Part shown: positions 50,185 through 59,579 of the stretch, piece after piece
Position numbering within the stretch: position 1 is the stretch's first letter
Layout: every line of letters starts with the position of its first letter
NCBI GenBank assembly: GCA_965203465.1
Contig: CBDBCR010000003.1
Coordinates: 448,001-512,000 of the forward strand
Length of the DNA: 64,000 nucleotides
Source: Nitrosopumilaceae archaeon
Lineage (GTDB): Archaea > Thermoproteota > Nitrososphaeria > Nitrososphaerales > Nitrosopumilaceae
Reading direction: 5' to 3'
The notes under the pieces: model-generated
Seen by the model: the letters and a program-made list of their open reading frames with translations, nothing else
Databases searched by the model: none
What the model was told of the DNA's origin: nothing
Made by a program: the position numbers and the translations under genes

Positions 50185-51252
50185 CTAGATCTTGCCGCGC
50201 TTGTAGAGCATCTCGGCCAGCAGCACGGCCCCCTTGGCCGAGCCCATCTTTTTGTTGTGCGAAAACAGCACGTACTTTAGGCCGTTGTCGAACAGATCCT
50301 CCCTCTCCACCCTGCCGATGGTGGTGGTCATGCCGCCGCCCACCTCGCGCTCCATGCGCGGCTGCGGCCGGGTCGGATCCTCGTGGAACGCGTAGTACTT
50401 TTCGGGCGCCGAAGGCAGGCCGGCCACCGAGACCTGCCCGTTCGATTCTTCGTACGTCCGGCGCGCCGAGGACGGGTCCACCTCCTCCTTCGTCTCGACG
50501 AAGACCGACTCGGTGTGCCCGTCGATGACCGGCACCCGGGTGCAGGTGCAGCTGATCCGTATGTCCGCCTCCTCTATGCGGCCGTCCCTGAGCCTGCCGA
50601 GTATCTTGCGCGTCTCGCGCCTGACCTTGCCCTCCTCCTTTGGTATGAAGGGCAGTATGTTGTCGGTTATGCCCATCGCGGAGACGCCCGACTTGCCGCC
50701 GCCGGATATGGCCTGCATCGACGTCATCATGACTTTTTTGACGCCGTACTCGTCGAGCAGCGGCTTTAGCGTTATGGCGAGGCCCGTCGTGGTGCAGTTG
50801 GGCAGGGGCGCGACCCACCCCTTCCAGCCGCGCTCGCGCTGCCGGTCCAGCAGGTCTGCCTGCTCGTCGTTGACACCCGGTATCAGTATCGGCACGTCGT
50901 CTTCGTACCTGTACGCGGAGCTGGTCGATATGACCGGCAGCAGCTCTGCCATCTTTGTCTCGATGCTGCGCGCCGCCTCCGATTCCACGGCCGAAAAGAC
51001 CAGATCGAGGCTGCCCGTGTCCAGCTCCGAGACCCGGCGCACCTCCATGTCCCGCGCGTACACGGGCACCTCCCCGCCCGCGTCCCACGATACTATGCCG
51101 GAGGGGTCGCGCAGGGCGTCGGTGTATTTTTTGCCCGCCGAGCGCTCAGAGGCCGCCATCTGGGCGAGCTCGAACCAGGGGTGGTTTTCCAGGGACTGGA
51201 CGAACTCTTGGCCCACCGATCCGGTCGCGCCGATGACCGCTACCCGCTTCAC
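50185..51252 (-). CDS. asd: Aspartate-semialdehyde dehydrogenase
   Basis: GATGSVGQ, PNCTT, QAISGGG and RVPVIDGH. Confidence 0.96.
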   Translation of the reverse strand: MKRVAVIGATGSVGQEFVQSLENHPWFELAQMAASERSAGKKYTDALRDPSGIVSWDAGGEVPVYARDMEVRRVSELDTGSLDLVFSAVESEAARSIETKMAELLPVISTSSAYRYEDDVPILIPGVNDEQADLLDRQRERGWKGWVAPLPNCTTTGLAITLKPLLDEYGVKKVMMTSMQAISGGGKSGVSAMGITDNILPFIPKEEGKVRRETRKILGRLRDGRIEEADIRISCTCTRVPVIDGHTESVFVETKEEVDPSSARRTYEESNGQVSVAGLPSAPEKYYAFHEDPTRPQPRMEREVGGGMTTTIGRVEREDLFDNGLKYVLFSHNKKMGSAKGAVLLAEMLYKRGKI

Positions 51253-51492
51253 GGGCCCGGGGCCCCACAAGACAGGTAATAATTTTTTGCAAAGGCCCGC
51301 GATTCCGACAAATCCTCGCGAGCCGAGGCCCGACGCCACAGGTGCCCGTCTGTAGCGATCGGGTGTTTCTGCGCCGGTCGCGGCCGGATCCGGCCCCCGA
51401 GGATCTGCGGATCCCGGACCGCGCCCGGCTGTTGCGGAAAAAGCGCGCGGCCGCGCCCCGCGCCGGCGAGGGCCGCCCGCGCCGGATCCGAT

Positions 51493-52653
51493 CTATCCGT
51501 ACTTTTTCCGGAACCGCATGGCGTGCTGGATCAGCGTCTTCCACTTGGGCCCGTTCACCGTGATGCCGGCCGCCTCGCCCGGCGTCATCTCGTAGGCCCC
51601 CTCGCCGATCCCCTCGTGCGGGCGGACGCGATTGTAGACGCGAAGGCCTTCGAGCAGCGGCGAATAGTCTTCCTGCAGGCCGCGCAGAAAGTCGCGCATC
51701 GTCCCGTTGAGCCGCTCCATCTTGTTGACGTCCCGGTGGGCATGCACGTGGCGGTGGCGGTACGCCTGCTTTCCGTCTTCGTCGAACCGGAACTCTGAGC
51801 CACGCCTTGTGGTACGCCTTGTCGTAGTCGGTGACAAGCAGCAGCGGGGTTTTGCCGGAGACGCGCGCCGATGCCCTGAGCAGGCAGGAGACGTCGTCGG
51901 CTGCCTTGTCCGGCGTGGTCGCGTACGCCGTCCAAAAGCGCGCGAACGAGTCGATCGTCATGTGCAGGTACCGCTGCCTGCCGCGCACCTTGACGAGCAT
52001 CCCGTCGGACCTGCACTTGTCCCCCAGGCGCGGTTTCAGGCTGCTGGTGAAGAATCCGAGCGCGGCGGAATACCGCCTGATCTAGTTGCTGACGGTCTGC
52101 TGCTTTGGAGCGTGCTCCATCTCGTCCTCGAGCCCGCGCGCGATTTTTCCGGCAGACTTGCCGGAAAAAAAAGTCGTCGATCGCCCTGCACACGATCGTC
52201 GGGGGGCCGGACAGCCTCTCGAATCCGGAGTTGGCCGAGAACCTCTTCTTGCAGCTGCGGCACTTGTAGATCTGGTTGCGGTGGTTTTTGCTCTTGCGCA
52301 CGCCCGCCTTCGTGGCGCCGTCCGCGCCGCAGCTCGGGCACGCGTTCTCCTGGATCGGATCGAGCACCGCGGACGCCCTCTGCTCCGGCTCTGGCAGCAG
52401 GCAGGCGGCCTCGACGGCCTGTGTGCTTGCAGTGCAACTTGCGGTGCGTGGCGTACGGGCGCTTGCACGACCGGCCGTGCTTGGACAGCTTCACGGTGCG
52501 CCTGCGCTCGGATCCGGGCGAGCGCACGGCGTACGTGTTTTTGCCCAGGTTTTCTATCCTGTGGCCTTCCCAGCGCTCACGGTGGCGGCGCAGGAGTCGG
52601 CTAAATCCGCTCTCGGCCACTACCGCCTGGCGCGCTGCCGTGCCTTTTTCCAA
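51493..52653 (-). mobile_element. IS6-like (DDE) transposase pseudogene with several frameshifts and a stop
   Basis: Fragments in three frames: SWIM-like (YAVRS...CKH), zinc ribbon CPSC...CRSC, LVTD, NKMERLNGT, YNRVRPH and TPGEAAG. Confidence 0.82.
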
Positions 52654-52804
52654 CCTGATCAGGCACGGTTCGCGCGCTTACCATTTAACCGGACGAACCA
52701 AAAACATTCGACAAGCGATCTCTGTAAACTCGGCAGGCTCGTGCCTGAGCCACGCCTAGCTCACGCGGATTTGTCGGAATCCCGGTTTGCACGGTTCCCG
52801 CAGA

Positions 52805-52846
52805 TCCCGATTCGGGGCGCGCCGCATCTTCGAGGCGCCCCGCCGG
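52805..52846. repeat. 42-bp hairpin-forming direct repeat, copy 1
   Basis: TCCCGATTCGGGGCGCGCCGCATCTTCGAGGCGCCCCGCCGG; 38/42 identical to 59143-59184. Confidence 0.85.
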
Positions 52847-52983
52847 AGGCCGGACGGCGCGGGCCCGGCTAGTCGAGGGGAAGGATCGGGCCGCGCCCGG
52901 TTCTAGACGGGCGCTCTTGGCAGGCTAGCCGCATCGGGCGCAAAAACGCACGGTTTAAGAATAGCAGGCAGGCACTAGGGGTC

Positions 52984-53127
52984 ATGAAGCGCGTGACTTT
53001 CTTCGGGGATCCACGGGACGCCAACTTTCCGGCAAGCCGGATAGCCAAGCAGCTCGGACTGGACTATCCCGACGTGGATTCGGATCCCGACGCCGAGCCG
53101 GAAAAGGCCGAGTCTGGCGGCAAATAG
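52984..53127 (+). CDS. Small 47-aa protein (below the ORF-track cutoff)
   Basis: MKRVTFFGDPRDANFPASRIAKQLGLDYPDVDSDPDAEPEKAESGGK*; TTTAAG at 52954 and a T-run right after the stop. Confidence 0.5.
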   Translation: MKRVTFFGDPRDANFPASRIAKQLGLDYPDVDSDPDAEPEKAESGGK

Positions 53128-53142
53128 CCGCCTCTTTTTTGT

Positions 53143-54640
53143 TTACCCAAATATGGCCCTTATAACAGCGTCTTTTACTGCCGCTTTCATGTCGTGCGTG
53201 ACTTCGTCCTTGCAGAGGCCCGGAACTATGCAGGCTATGTACATGGAGGGGTGGTGCCTCCACTCTTCGCTTATGTAGTTGGCGTACGCTGACTGCTTCG
53301 TCAACTCGTGCAACCGTGCGCTCCCGTCATCGTCAGTGTACAGCCATATGGTGTCCGACGGATCTATCGGCTTGTACGGCATACTGCCTCCGAATTTGAT
53401 CAGCGTGTAGGTATTGCGCAAGGGCTCGCCTAGCGACGACAGTGCATCCGTCATGTGTTTTTCGATGTCCGGAGATGACGTAAATTTCAAGATCTTTGTC
53501 ACTATCGCGCTGTCTGCCATGTTGCGTTTGGTCAATTCGATCGCCTGCTTTGCAAACTCTGAATAGTCGGCCGGGTATTTTAGAAGCGAGACTGGAAAGT
53601 GTCTTCTGTCCCACAACCCGCGGTAATTCGCGTACTTTTCTTGTTCCCTGCCCCATTCGCGCATCAGCGTGTCCAGAACATGGTCGTCACTACCATGCCC
53701 CGTCTCGAACGACTTCCAGTGCAGCAGATCCTTGTCAAGCACGCCGTTGTCGACCATGTGCTTTATGGCGTCTTCCACCAGCATGTCTGCCGCTCCGACT
53801 GAATGGTGCCTGTAAACCCACCTGTACATCTTGTATCGGGCTTCCAGCATCTCCTCCACCGCGCCCAAGGCCCGATGGTGCACGGCAAGCTCGTACCGCC
53901 CCTGCCGGTCAGGAACCGCGGCCATGTTGTTTACGATCCTGTCAAAGTCGATCCTCCCGTAAGCCACCCCCGCCATCAGTGAATCACGTGCCAGATAGTC
54001 CGCCCTGTCCGCGTCTAGCTGGCCCGAGACGATCTTTCTAAAGACGCCAAACCCCGCCCCGTTCTCCCGGGCCATCGGGCTTGCCGGGTTCTACCAGAAG
54101 GGACGCGGCGGCCTCTGCCAAAACGGGATTTTCGCGCTCCAGGACGGCCCCTACCCCGTCGGTCTGGATCAGCTTGTAAGAAAAATATTCGTGGATGGCA
54201 GGCTCTGGGCCCAGCACCGATTCGGCCTCCCTAACCTCTGCGCCCGGCGTGGCAGACGCCATGATGTCCTCACTCGCGTGCGAGAACGGCCCGTGTCCGA
54301 CATCGTGAAAGAGGCATGCCAGTCTAGTCGACTTTATCAGCAGGCCAACGTCTCGACCCGCGTCGAGTCCCGGAAACAGCGCCTCGAAATCTGCAGGCGT
54401 CATCTCGGCCAGCACCTGAGTCGCTATCTTTGATCCCACGAACATGGCGCCCACCACGTGCTCGAACCTGCTCGCAAGGGCTCCCGGATACGTCAGGTAG
54501 GCCATCGAGTTCTGCCGCACCCTGTGGAGTCGCATGAAAAGAGGCAGCTGTACCAGGCGGTATTCTGCATCGGTCATCGGTACGTACCCGTGAACCGGAT
54601 CCTTCATCATGCGTTTGGCGTCGATCTTTGGGATCTGCAT
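53143..54640 (-). pseudogene. HD-domain phosphohydrolase (YwfO/SAMHD1-like), +1 frameshift near 54078
   Basis: KDPVHG, RLHRVRQ, SRFEH and HDVGHGPFSH, then LDADRADYLARD and VYRHH in the next frame. Confidence 0.85.
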
Positions 54641-54795
54641 AGCACGTTGGCCGCATGTTCTCCAATAAGTGCTGATCGCGACTGGCGGCGCGTTTGTTGT
54701 GCAGAAATTGGGCCGGTTTAATCCCAAGCATGGGGCCAAAGGCACCGTGCCGCCCGGCGGTCGCCGTCGCGGTGGCGCTACCGATCTGCCGCGGA

Positions 54796-57417
54796 TCAGG
54801 CGGCCCCGGGCTGCCCGCGGCGCGACAGCCGGCGGTACGCCAGAACGGCGGCGGCCGGCGAGCCCAGAAGCGAGGCGTTGAACATTATCACCAGCGAGCC
54901 GAGCATGACCGTCTGGGCCTCGGATTCTGCCAATTCCATGATTCCCAGCGACCAGAGCGCCGGCTGCAAGGACACCCGGACGGCCTCCTTGAAGGCCGGG
55001 CTGGACCTCTCGAGGTCGGCGACGGCCGGCGAGAACGCGTAATAGAACTGGTTGAAACCGGACACGAACGCAGAGCCGGCACCCGTCGAGAGCGCGCCGT
55101 CGCGGACTTCGCGCAGTTTCTGCACCTGCTCGGCCGTCTCGGTTCCGTACGCGGCAGTAGCTATGAGGCAGCCGCCGCCCTCGTCTGCCGGAACCGGCGT
55201 GCACGTCCCGTCGTCTGCGAGGAACGTGCCCGGCCCGCAGACCGGCTCCGCGTCTGGCTCGTCGGTGATCGGCTCCTGCGTGATCGGCGCTGCGGGCTCC
55301 GGCTCGGGTGCAGGCGGCGCCGGAGCCTCGGGCGGCTCGGCTGCCGGCGTCGCCGGCTCGGCGGGCGGCTCTGCCGGCGGCGCTGCGGCCGGCTCCGGTT
55401 CTTGGCGCTCGGCCTCTTGCCGCTCGGGCTCCTGCACCTCGAAGTGCTGCGAGGCCGCCCTCGGCTCGGGCACGTCGAAGGTCCTCGTCCCGGTGCAAGA
55501 GTCGATGTTTACCGATTCGGTGTCCGACGCTATGGTGCGGTTGGAGACGAGCGTGGCAGAGATCCTCGCGAACGACTCCGACGAGCCGAACGGCGCGGTG
55601 AATTCGCCGTACCCGCCGACTTCTCCGGACTGCGTCATGCGGACCACGCCGGCCACCGGCATGCGGAGCGTCACGTCCAGAGAGCCCGACGACGGGCCGG
55701 CGACCACCGTCACGGTGCCAGCCTCGCAGTCCCACGAGGCAGACCTGATATAGACCGCTTCTGTTCCCGCGCCCCCGTCCAGCGTCGTTCCCGAGACCCG
55801 GGCGCTGCCGCCCCCTCCTCCGCCGCCACCGCCTCCGCCGCTGGCTGCGGTTCTCTGCGGGGGCGCCGCGACATCGAGGGTCGCGCGCTCCGCAGGGGCG
55901 GCTGGCGGCGCGGTCTGCGTGGTGTACGAGACCTGCCACCTGCCGTCGATGTACCTGAGCGTCTCGTAGGCCGCAGAGGCCAAGTCGCCCCTGGCGTCGA
56001 GCTGCGCGCTGCCCATCAGCCCGCGGTGCCCGAGGGCCGCGGCGGGCACCGCGTCGCCCAAGCCGCCCTCTCCCGTCACCCTCGTGGAATCGGACAGCAC
56101 TATGGCCTTGCCCAGCACCTGCACCGAATCGTAGGCGGCGTACGCGCCAGAATAGACGCGCGCCTGCCGGTCAGTGATGCCGAGCCTGTCCTGTATCGCC
56201 TCCGTCACAGCTTGGAACGACGTGTGGCTTCGGTCGGGCGCGTCGTCTATGACCGTAAAGCGCTGCGTGACGAACTGCGAAACGCCGTCGTTTATGGTGG
56301 GCCAGAACTGCGATCCGAACCAGTCGAGCCCTGCAAGCCCGGCGTTGGCGGCAGCTGCCCCCACTATCAGGTCGCCGTCGTCCTGGTACGAAGCTAGCAG
56401 CACCACGGTCTTGCCCGAGACGGCGCTCGCGATGTCTGCCGTGACCGGCGTGCCGCTACCCAGCGCGGTTATGGCGGCGGGATCGTAGGCGACGGGGGCC
56501 ACGTTTATCCCGGGGGCGTTGCTCCGCACCGATTCCAAAAGCGACATGCCCCACGGGTCGCCTGCGCGGTGTGCCACCACGACGGTCTGCACGCCCTGCC
56601 CGGAGAGCCTGTCTATGAAGAACGCGCCCTGGTTCGCCGTGGGCGAGAGGAACCTGAATATGTTGTCTTCGAGGGCGAGCGCCGACGATACCGAGCAGCA
56701 GCTCAGCAGCATCATGCCGTTGTCGTCGGCGTACTGGCGCACGCCTGCCAGCTCCGAGGAGCTTATCGGCCCCAGCGCTATCTTCGTGCCCAGAGAGTTC
56801 ACGCTCTGAAGTTCGGAAAGGGCCGTCGCCGGCAGGGACGCGGTGTCGCGCGCGTCCAGATCTAGCCGCCACTTTGAGCCGGTGTCCGCAAACCTCGCGT
56901 TCAGATCCGCCACGCCCCGTACGAGCGCCGCCTCCACCGGGTCTCCCAGGCTGTCGAGCGAGCCGGTGCGCGAGACCAGGGCGCCCACCCGGACCGTCTC
57001 GATCTCGGCCGGGGCTGCCGGAGCCGCGACCGCCGTTATGCTCAGTTCCCGGAACACCCCCGCCTGCCCCGCGGCCGTCGGCGTCGCGTACAGGGACGGG
57101 CCGTAAGTCGCGCCGACCCGGGCGTCGGCCGGCACCGCCACGGTCATCTCCACGTCCAGCGTGCCGCCGGCCGGCATCTGCGCCCGCTGCGGCGACAGCT
57201 GCACGGACAGGCCGTCCCCGTCCCGCACTTCGAACGACGCGCCGGTGGCCACCGGCGAGGTGACGCGCAGCACCAGTACGCGCTGCTCGCCTGCCGGTAT
57301 TTCGATCTCTTGGTCGAACGAATAGACCGGATCGTAGCCGAGGCCGAACGCCTGCGGCGCCGCAGCGGCCGCCACGGCCGCGGCCAGCAGCGTCGCGGTC
57401 AGGAGCGTGCGGGGCAT
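54796..57417 (-). CDS. Multidomain surface protein: signal peptide, Ig-like domain, LivK-like solute-binding domain, Pro/Glu linker, CFI-box-type C-terminal anchor
   Basis: VRVGALVSRTG...DTASLP...LGPISS...YAAYDSV binding fold; GGGCLIATAAYGTE...LREVRD...FNQFYYAFSP plus TM helix. Confidence 0.85.
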   Translation of the reverse strand: MPRTLLTATLLAAAVAAAAAPQAFGLGYDPVYSFDQEIEIPAGEQRVLVLRVTSPVATGASFEVRDGDGLSVQLSPQRAQMPAGGTLDVEMTVAVPADARVGATYGPSLYATPTAAGQAGVFRELSITAVAAPAAPAEIETVRVGALVSRTGSLDSLGDPVEAALVRGVADLNARFADTGSKWRLDLDARDTASLPATALSELQSVNSLGTKIALGPISSSELAGVRQYADDNGMMLLSCCSVSSALALEDNIFRFLSPTANQGAFFIDRLSGQGVQTVVVAHRAGDPWGMSLLESVRSNAPGINVAPVAYDPAAITALGSGTPVTADIASAVSGKTVVLLASYQDDGDLIVGAAAANAGLAGLDWFGSQFWPTINDGVSQFVTQRFTVIDDAPDRSHTSFQAVTEAIQDRLGITDRQARVYSGAYAAYDSVQVLGKAIVLSDSTRVTGEGGLGDAVPAAALGHRGLMGSAQLDARGDLASAAYETLRYIDGRWQVSYTTQTAPPAAPAERATLDVAAPPQRTAASGGGGGGGGGGGSARVSGTTLDGGAGTEAVYIRSASWDCEAGTVTVVAGPSSGSLDVTLRMPVAGVVRMTQSGEVGGYGEFTAPFGSSESFARISATLVSNRTIASDTESVNIDSCTGTRTFDVPEPRAASQHFEVQEPERQEAERQEPEPAAAPPAEPPAEPATPAAEPPEAPAPPAPEPEPAAPITQEPITDEPDAEPVCGPGTFLADDGTCTPVPADEGGGCLIATAAYGTETAEQVQKLREVRDGALSTGAGSAFVSGFNQFYYAFSPAVADLERSSPAFKEAVRVSLQPALWSLGIMELAESEAQTVMLGSLVIMFNASLLGSPAAAVLAYRRLSRRGQPGAA

Positions 57418-57418
57418 C

Positions 57419-59089
57419 TTATCCACAACTTGCGAACAACGTCATCGCCTGCGAGAGGGAGCCTTCCCCGGTGGGCAGCACGCGGCCGGAGTGGACAACC
57501 TTGAACTCCAGCTCGGCGGTTCCGGGGGACGACAGTGGGGATCCGACATCGAGCGGCTGGCCGGGCACGAGATCTACGAATTCCCCGCCCACCTTTACCT
57601 GCGTGGTCAGCGTCCGGTATTCGTTGTCCGTCCGGTCGGTCCACGAGTCCACCTGCAGCCGCAGCCCGGCGACGGCCGCGGTACCGGCGTTGGTCACGGT
57701 CCGCGTGACCGCTGAGGACTCTCCGCCCGTCACCAGGTCGAATCCGAGCGCCTCGCCGGCCGAGACCGAGCAGGCAGGCTGCTGCGGCGTGATGCCGGAC
57801 TGCTGCCGCGAGATCTCGGCGGTGGCAGTCTGGGCCGCGTCGGTATAGTAGGGCGAATACGTCACGTCGCCGCTTATCCGTTCCGCTGGGCTCGCCCCCC
57901 AATAGTTGAACGGGGCGAACATGCGGCTAGGCGCCAGGTTGATCACGTCGAATCCGGTGTTCCCCGCGAACGAGTTCCTGAACGCGATCAGGGGGCTGTC
58001 CAGCGGCGCGTCCGACGTACGGAAGGCTCCAGAGTCTTCTCCGCTTCCGTCCGGCTGCCTGCAGGTCACCACGCACAAAAGTATTCCGTGGTGGCTGTCG
58101 CTTATGGTGTTGTCGTAGATGCGCGTGTTTACGAGGCCCTCTGCCCGCACTGTGATGGGGGCCCGCAGGGTGTACGACGTGGTTCTTTCGGCGTTGTCGG
58201 CCCCCGCCGTGTTTACGCCCGTGATCGTGTTGCCGTATATTTGAAGGCCCGCGTCGGGGCCCGACAGCTTGCGCTCGTTGGGCGTCCCCTCGTCGTGCGT
58301 GCGCTCTACCACCTTTTGGATCGCGGACGCAGGCATGTTGGACATGGCGTTGCCGTTTACGTGGCCGTTGATGACGCCGGACTTGCCCAGGTTGATTCCG
58401 GCGAACGTCGCGGTGTCAAAGACGTTGTCCGATATGAACAGATCCCGGAGCAGGCCCTGCTCGATCGTGCGGATGGCTGTGAACAGGCTGCCCGCCTTTT
58501 GCTCCTCGGTGAACCCGGGCGGATAGAACGTTCCTATGTTTCTGTACACGCTGTCGGTTATGCGCAGGTTGGTGATGGTGCTCTGCGCTACATCGCGTAT
58601 GACCGTGCCGTTGCCGCGGGTGTTGCTCATCGTGTTGTTTGACAGCGTGACGTTGGCCACATCCCCGCCCGCCAGCGTTCCCACCTCTAGAGCCGCCCAA
58701 GTCTGCGTGATCTCGTTGAACGTCAGGTTCTGGATAGTGATGTCGCTGCTAGAGGCCAGCATCCTGACCCATCCCGACAGCACGGCGCCCGGCTCGCCAG
58801 TCACCGTCATGGACTTGGTGAGGCTCAAAAGCCCCAAGTTGGCGTGCGTTCCCGAAGAAAACGTCACGACGCCCCCGCTGTCCAAGCCGCCGAATGCGGC
58901 CCGCACCTCGTCGGGGGTGTTGCTGGTGGTGATCGTCACGGCGCTCTGCGCGTACGCTACCGGAAACGCCGCGCAACCGGAGCACGGATCGCCGGCCGAC
59001 AGGGCGGCCGCAGAGGCCGCTGCAAGGATCAAAACCGCGGACGCGCTGAAAGGTTTTCGGGTGAACCCGCACGGGTTGCGCTTGAGCAC
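57419..59089 (-). CDS. Secreted right-handed parallel beta-helix protein with a C-terminal beta-sandwich
   Basis: Signal peptide ending AYAQ; repeated N/D-N-T-I/F strands (SNNTMSN, SDNVFD, YGNTIT, YDNTIS); NYWG motif; stop 1 bp before the next ATG. Confidence 0.8.
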   Translation of the reverse strand: MLKRNPCGFTRKPFSASAVLILAAASAAALSAGDPCSGCAAFPVAYAQSAVTITTSNTPDEVRAAFGGLDSGGVVTFSSGTHANLGLLSLTKSMTVTGEPGAVLSGWVRMLASSSDITIQNLTFNEITQTWAALEVGTLAGGDVANVTLSNNTMSNTRGNGTVIRDVAQSTITNLRITDSVYRNIGTFYPPGFTEEQKAGSLFTAIRTIEQGLLRDLFISDNVFDTATFAGINLGKSGVINGHVNGNAMSNMPASAIQKVVERTHDEGTPNERKLSGPDAGLQIYGNTITGVNTAGADNAERTTSYTLRAPITVRAEGLVNTRIYDNTISDSHHGILLCVVTCRQPDGSGEDSGAFRTSDAPLDSPLIAFRNSFAGNTGFDVINLAPSRMFAPFNYWGASPAERISGDVTYSPYYTDAAQTATAEISRQQSGITPQQPACSVSAGEALGFDLVTGGESSAVTRTVTNAGTAAVAGLRLQVDSWTDRTDNEYRTLTTQVKVGGEFVDLVPGQPLDVGSPLSSPGTAELEFKVVHSGRVLPTGEGSLSQAMTLFASCG

Positions 59090-59103
59090 CCCCCCCCCCC
59101 CCC
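59089..59103 (-). repeat. G15 homopolymer between TATA box and GTG start
   Basis: 15 consecutive C on the + strand; TATAAAAA at 59112-59119. Confidence 0.9.
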
Positions 59104-59142
59104 GATGATAGTATAAAAACTCAACTTTCCGGCTCGCGCGGC

Positions 59143-59184
59143 TCCCGATCCGGGGCGCCCCGCATCTCCGGGGCGCCCCGCCGG
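59143..59184. repeat. 42-bp hairpin-forming direct repeat, copy 2
   Basis: TCCCGATCCGGGGCGCCCCGCATCTCCGGGGCGCCCCGCCGG. Confidence 0.85.
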
Positions 59185-59231
59185 GATGGCGCGGACTTTT
59201 GAATAAATATGGGCCGCCGCGCGCGGCGGCG

Positions 59232-59579
59232 TTGACAGAATTCGTCCACGAGCCGTACAGGACCGTCCACGTGCGCGACGTCCTGAGGCTGTCGCTCGAC
59301 GACCTGATCAGCATGATATCGGCCCTCGAGCCGGTCAGCGCGTACTGGTGCGACGGCGTCCTCTTTGCCGTCTTTGCGGTGGCCGAATCGGACGAGCTTG
59401 CGAAAAAAGAGATCGCCGGCGAGACGTACGTCGACCGCATAGTCTTCGCAAAGCACCCCGAGTTCAGCCGGACCGTAAAGTCGTCGACCAACGTCGAGAT
59501 AGGCGTGGTCAACGTCTCGTGCAGCGGCACGTACTCGTCGATGGTCGCCTGGCTGAAGGGCCAGCCCGCGTGGGCCTAG
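59232..59579 (+). CDS. Hypothetical protein
   Basis: Protein-like ORF containing YWCDGVLF; TTG start after AATAAATA. Confidence 0.72.
   Translation: MTEFVHEPYRTVHVRDVLRLSLDDLISMISALEPVSAYWCDGVLFAVFAVAESDELAKKEIAGETYVDRIVFAKHPEFSRTVKSSTNVEIGVVNVSCSGTYSSMVAWLKGQPAWA

Noticed and set aside
52164-52172. Programmed frameshift site in the IS6-like transposase
   Set aside because: The run is poly-T on the coding strand and the gene has several other lesions, so decay or error is more likely
54038-55939. 633-aa HD-domain ORF
   Set aside because: N-terminal about 430 aa is an off-frame shadow of the surface-protein gene; the HD gene starts at about 54640
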